DNA of 64,000 nucleotides from Candidatus Multivoradales bacterium. Lineage in GTDB: Bacteria; Acidobacteriota; Thermoanaerobaculia; Multivoradales; J023. The stretch spans positions 1,504,001-1,568,000 of the forward strand of contig CBDFLE010000006.1 in NCBI GenBank assembly GCA_965248925.1. Direction: 5' to 3'. The translations under genes and the position numbers were made by a program. Within the stretch, counting starts at the first letter, position 1. Each line of letters begins with the position of its first letter. The notes below the pieces were generated by a model that did no database searches, had not been told where the DNA came from, and saw nothing but the letters and a program-made list of their open reading frames with translations. Of this stretch, positions 63,430 to 64,000 are shown piece after piece.

Positions 63430-63999
63430 TCAGCGCTTTTTCTGATAGAGCCGCAAAGCCTGACTGCGCACCGCCTGGGAGACATTCTTGTCCCGCGCCA
63501 TGCTGCGCAGATCCGCGGTCGTCAAACGTGGAACCAAGCGCATCGCCTGCGGCAAGAGGGTTTTCGGGTTGCGGGCCAATGCGCGCACGATGTTGTACTT
63601 GCGAATCCACTCCCGCTTCTTGGGAATCTCGGCCAGTACTTCGCTAACCACCGATCGGCTGTTGGCGATGCGCTCGAGTTCCTGGTCGCTGAGCTGGCTG
63701 CTACGCAAGACGGTCAAAGCCACTTGCACGTTCTGATCGCGCACCAAGACTGTCCGCAGCTGACGGTTGGCGTTGCGGGCCAAGCGCATCCGCACCGGCA
63801 CCGGCAACGACCGCACATGTCCCTCCGACAGTCCCTTGCTCTCATCCACCACCTCCCCTTCGCCAGCCTGTTCACGCACCTCGTCGATGGCCTCTTGAAT
63901 ATCTTGGGCACTTAGGCTGTCGGCCTCGGCTTCGATCTCCTCGGGCTTCTTCAGCGGTACCTTGTCGCGGGGCAGCAGGTGCTCGCGATACTCCCAGAT
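63430..63999 (-). CDS. Helical-repeat hypothetical protein, C-terminal part (5' end outside window)
   Basis: Frame is open to the window edge (IWEYREHLLPRDKVPLKKPEE...); R..LVRDQN..V and ALARNPKT motifs. Confidence 0.8.
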   Translation of the reverse strand: MWEYREHLLPRDKVPLKKPEEIEAEADSLSAQDIQEAIDEVREQAGEGEVVDESKGLSEGHVRSLPVPVRMRLARNANRQLRTVLVRDQNVQVALTVLRSSQLSDQELERIANSRSVVSEVLAEIPKKREWIRKYNIVRALARNPKTLLPQAMRLVPRLTTADLRSMARDKNVSQAVRSQALRLYQKKR

Positions 64000-64000
64000 C

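Noticed and set aside
63239-63610. 123-aa ORF between the J-domain gene and the last gene
   Set aside because: Its 5' half overlaps the real gene out of frame, and its Ala-rich part comes from the 18-bp repeat.

Overview
GC-rich bacterial chromosomal window, most likely Acidobacteriota (inferred from two acidobacterial-type VWA proteins, a GWxTD protein and a C-terminal 'IFADGFE' motif). Housekeeping genes include fabH, folE, queD, rlmD, deoC plus a two-domain ALDH, an acyl-CoA dehydrogenase, mce, carA and carB (separated), lolC/E, dinB, POT transporters, tRNA-Pro(CGG) and a PP2C phosphatase. Accessory blocks include a czcCBA efflux locus with a His-rich RGPP-ending upstream gene and a vapBC module. 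Best second-look items: (1) a 1079-aa SGNH-fold protein with every catalytic position substituted, fused to an internally duplicated beta-rich domain and followed by an orphan 543-aa gene; (2) two tandem SWIM-SNF2 proteins with degenerate ATPase motifs that both stop at the same point, before the helicase-C lobe; (3) a CxxU Rdx/SelW selenoprotein with a SECIS-like hairpin that the ORF track misses; (4) a hairpin-dense region upstream of an uncharacterised secreted gene pair. No CRISPR array, rRNA, integrase or transposase was seen. All calls come from reading motifs by eye; no searches were run.
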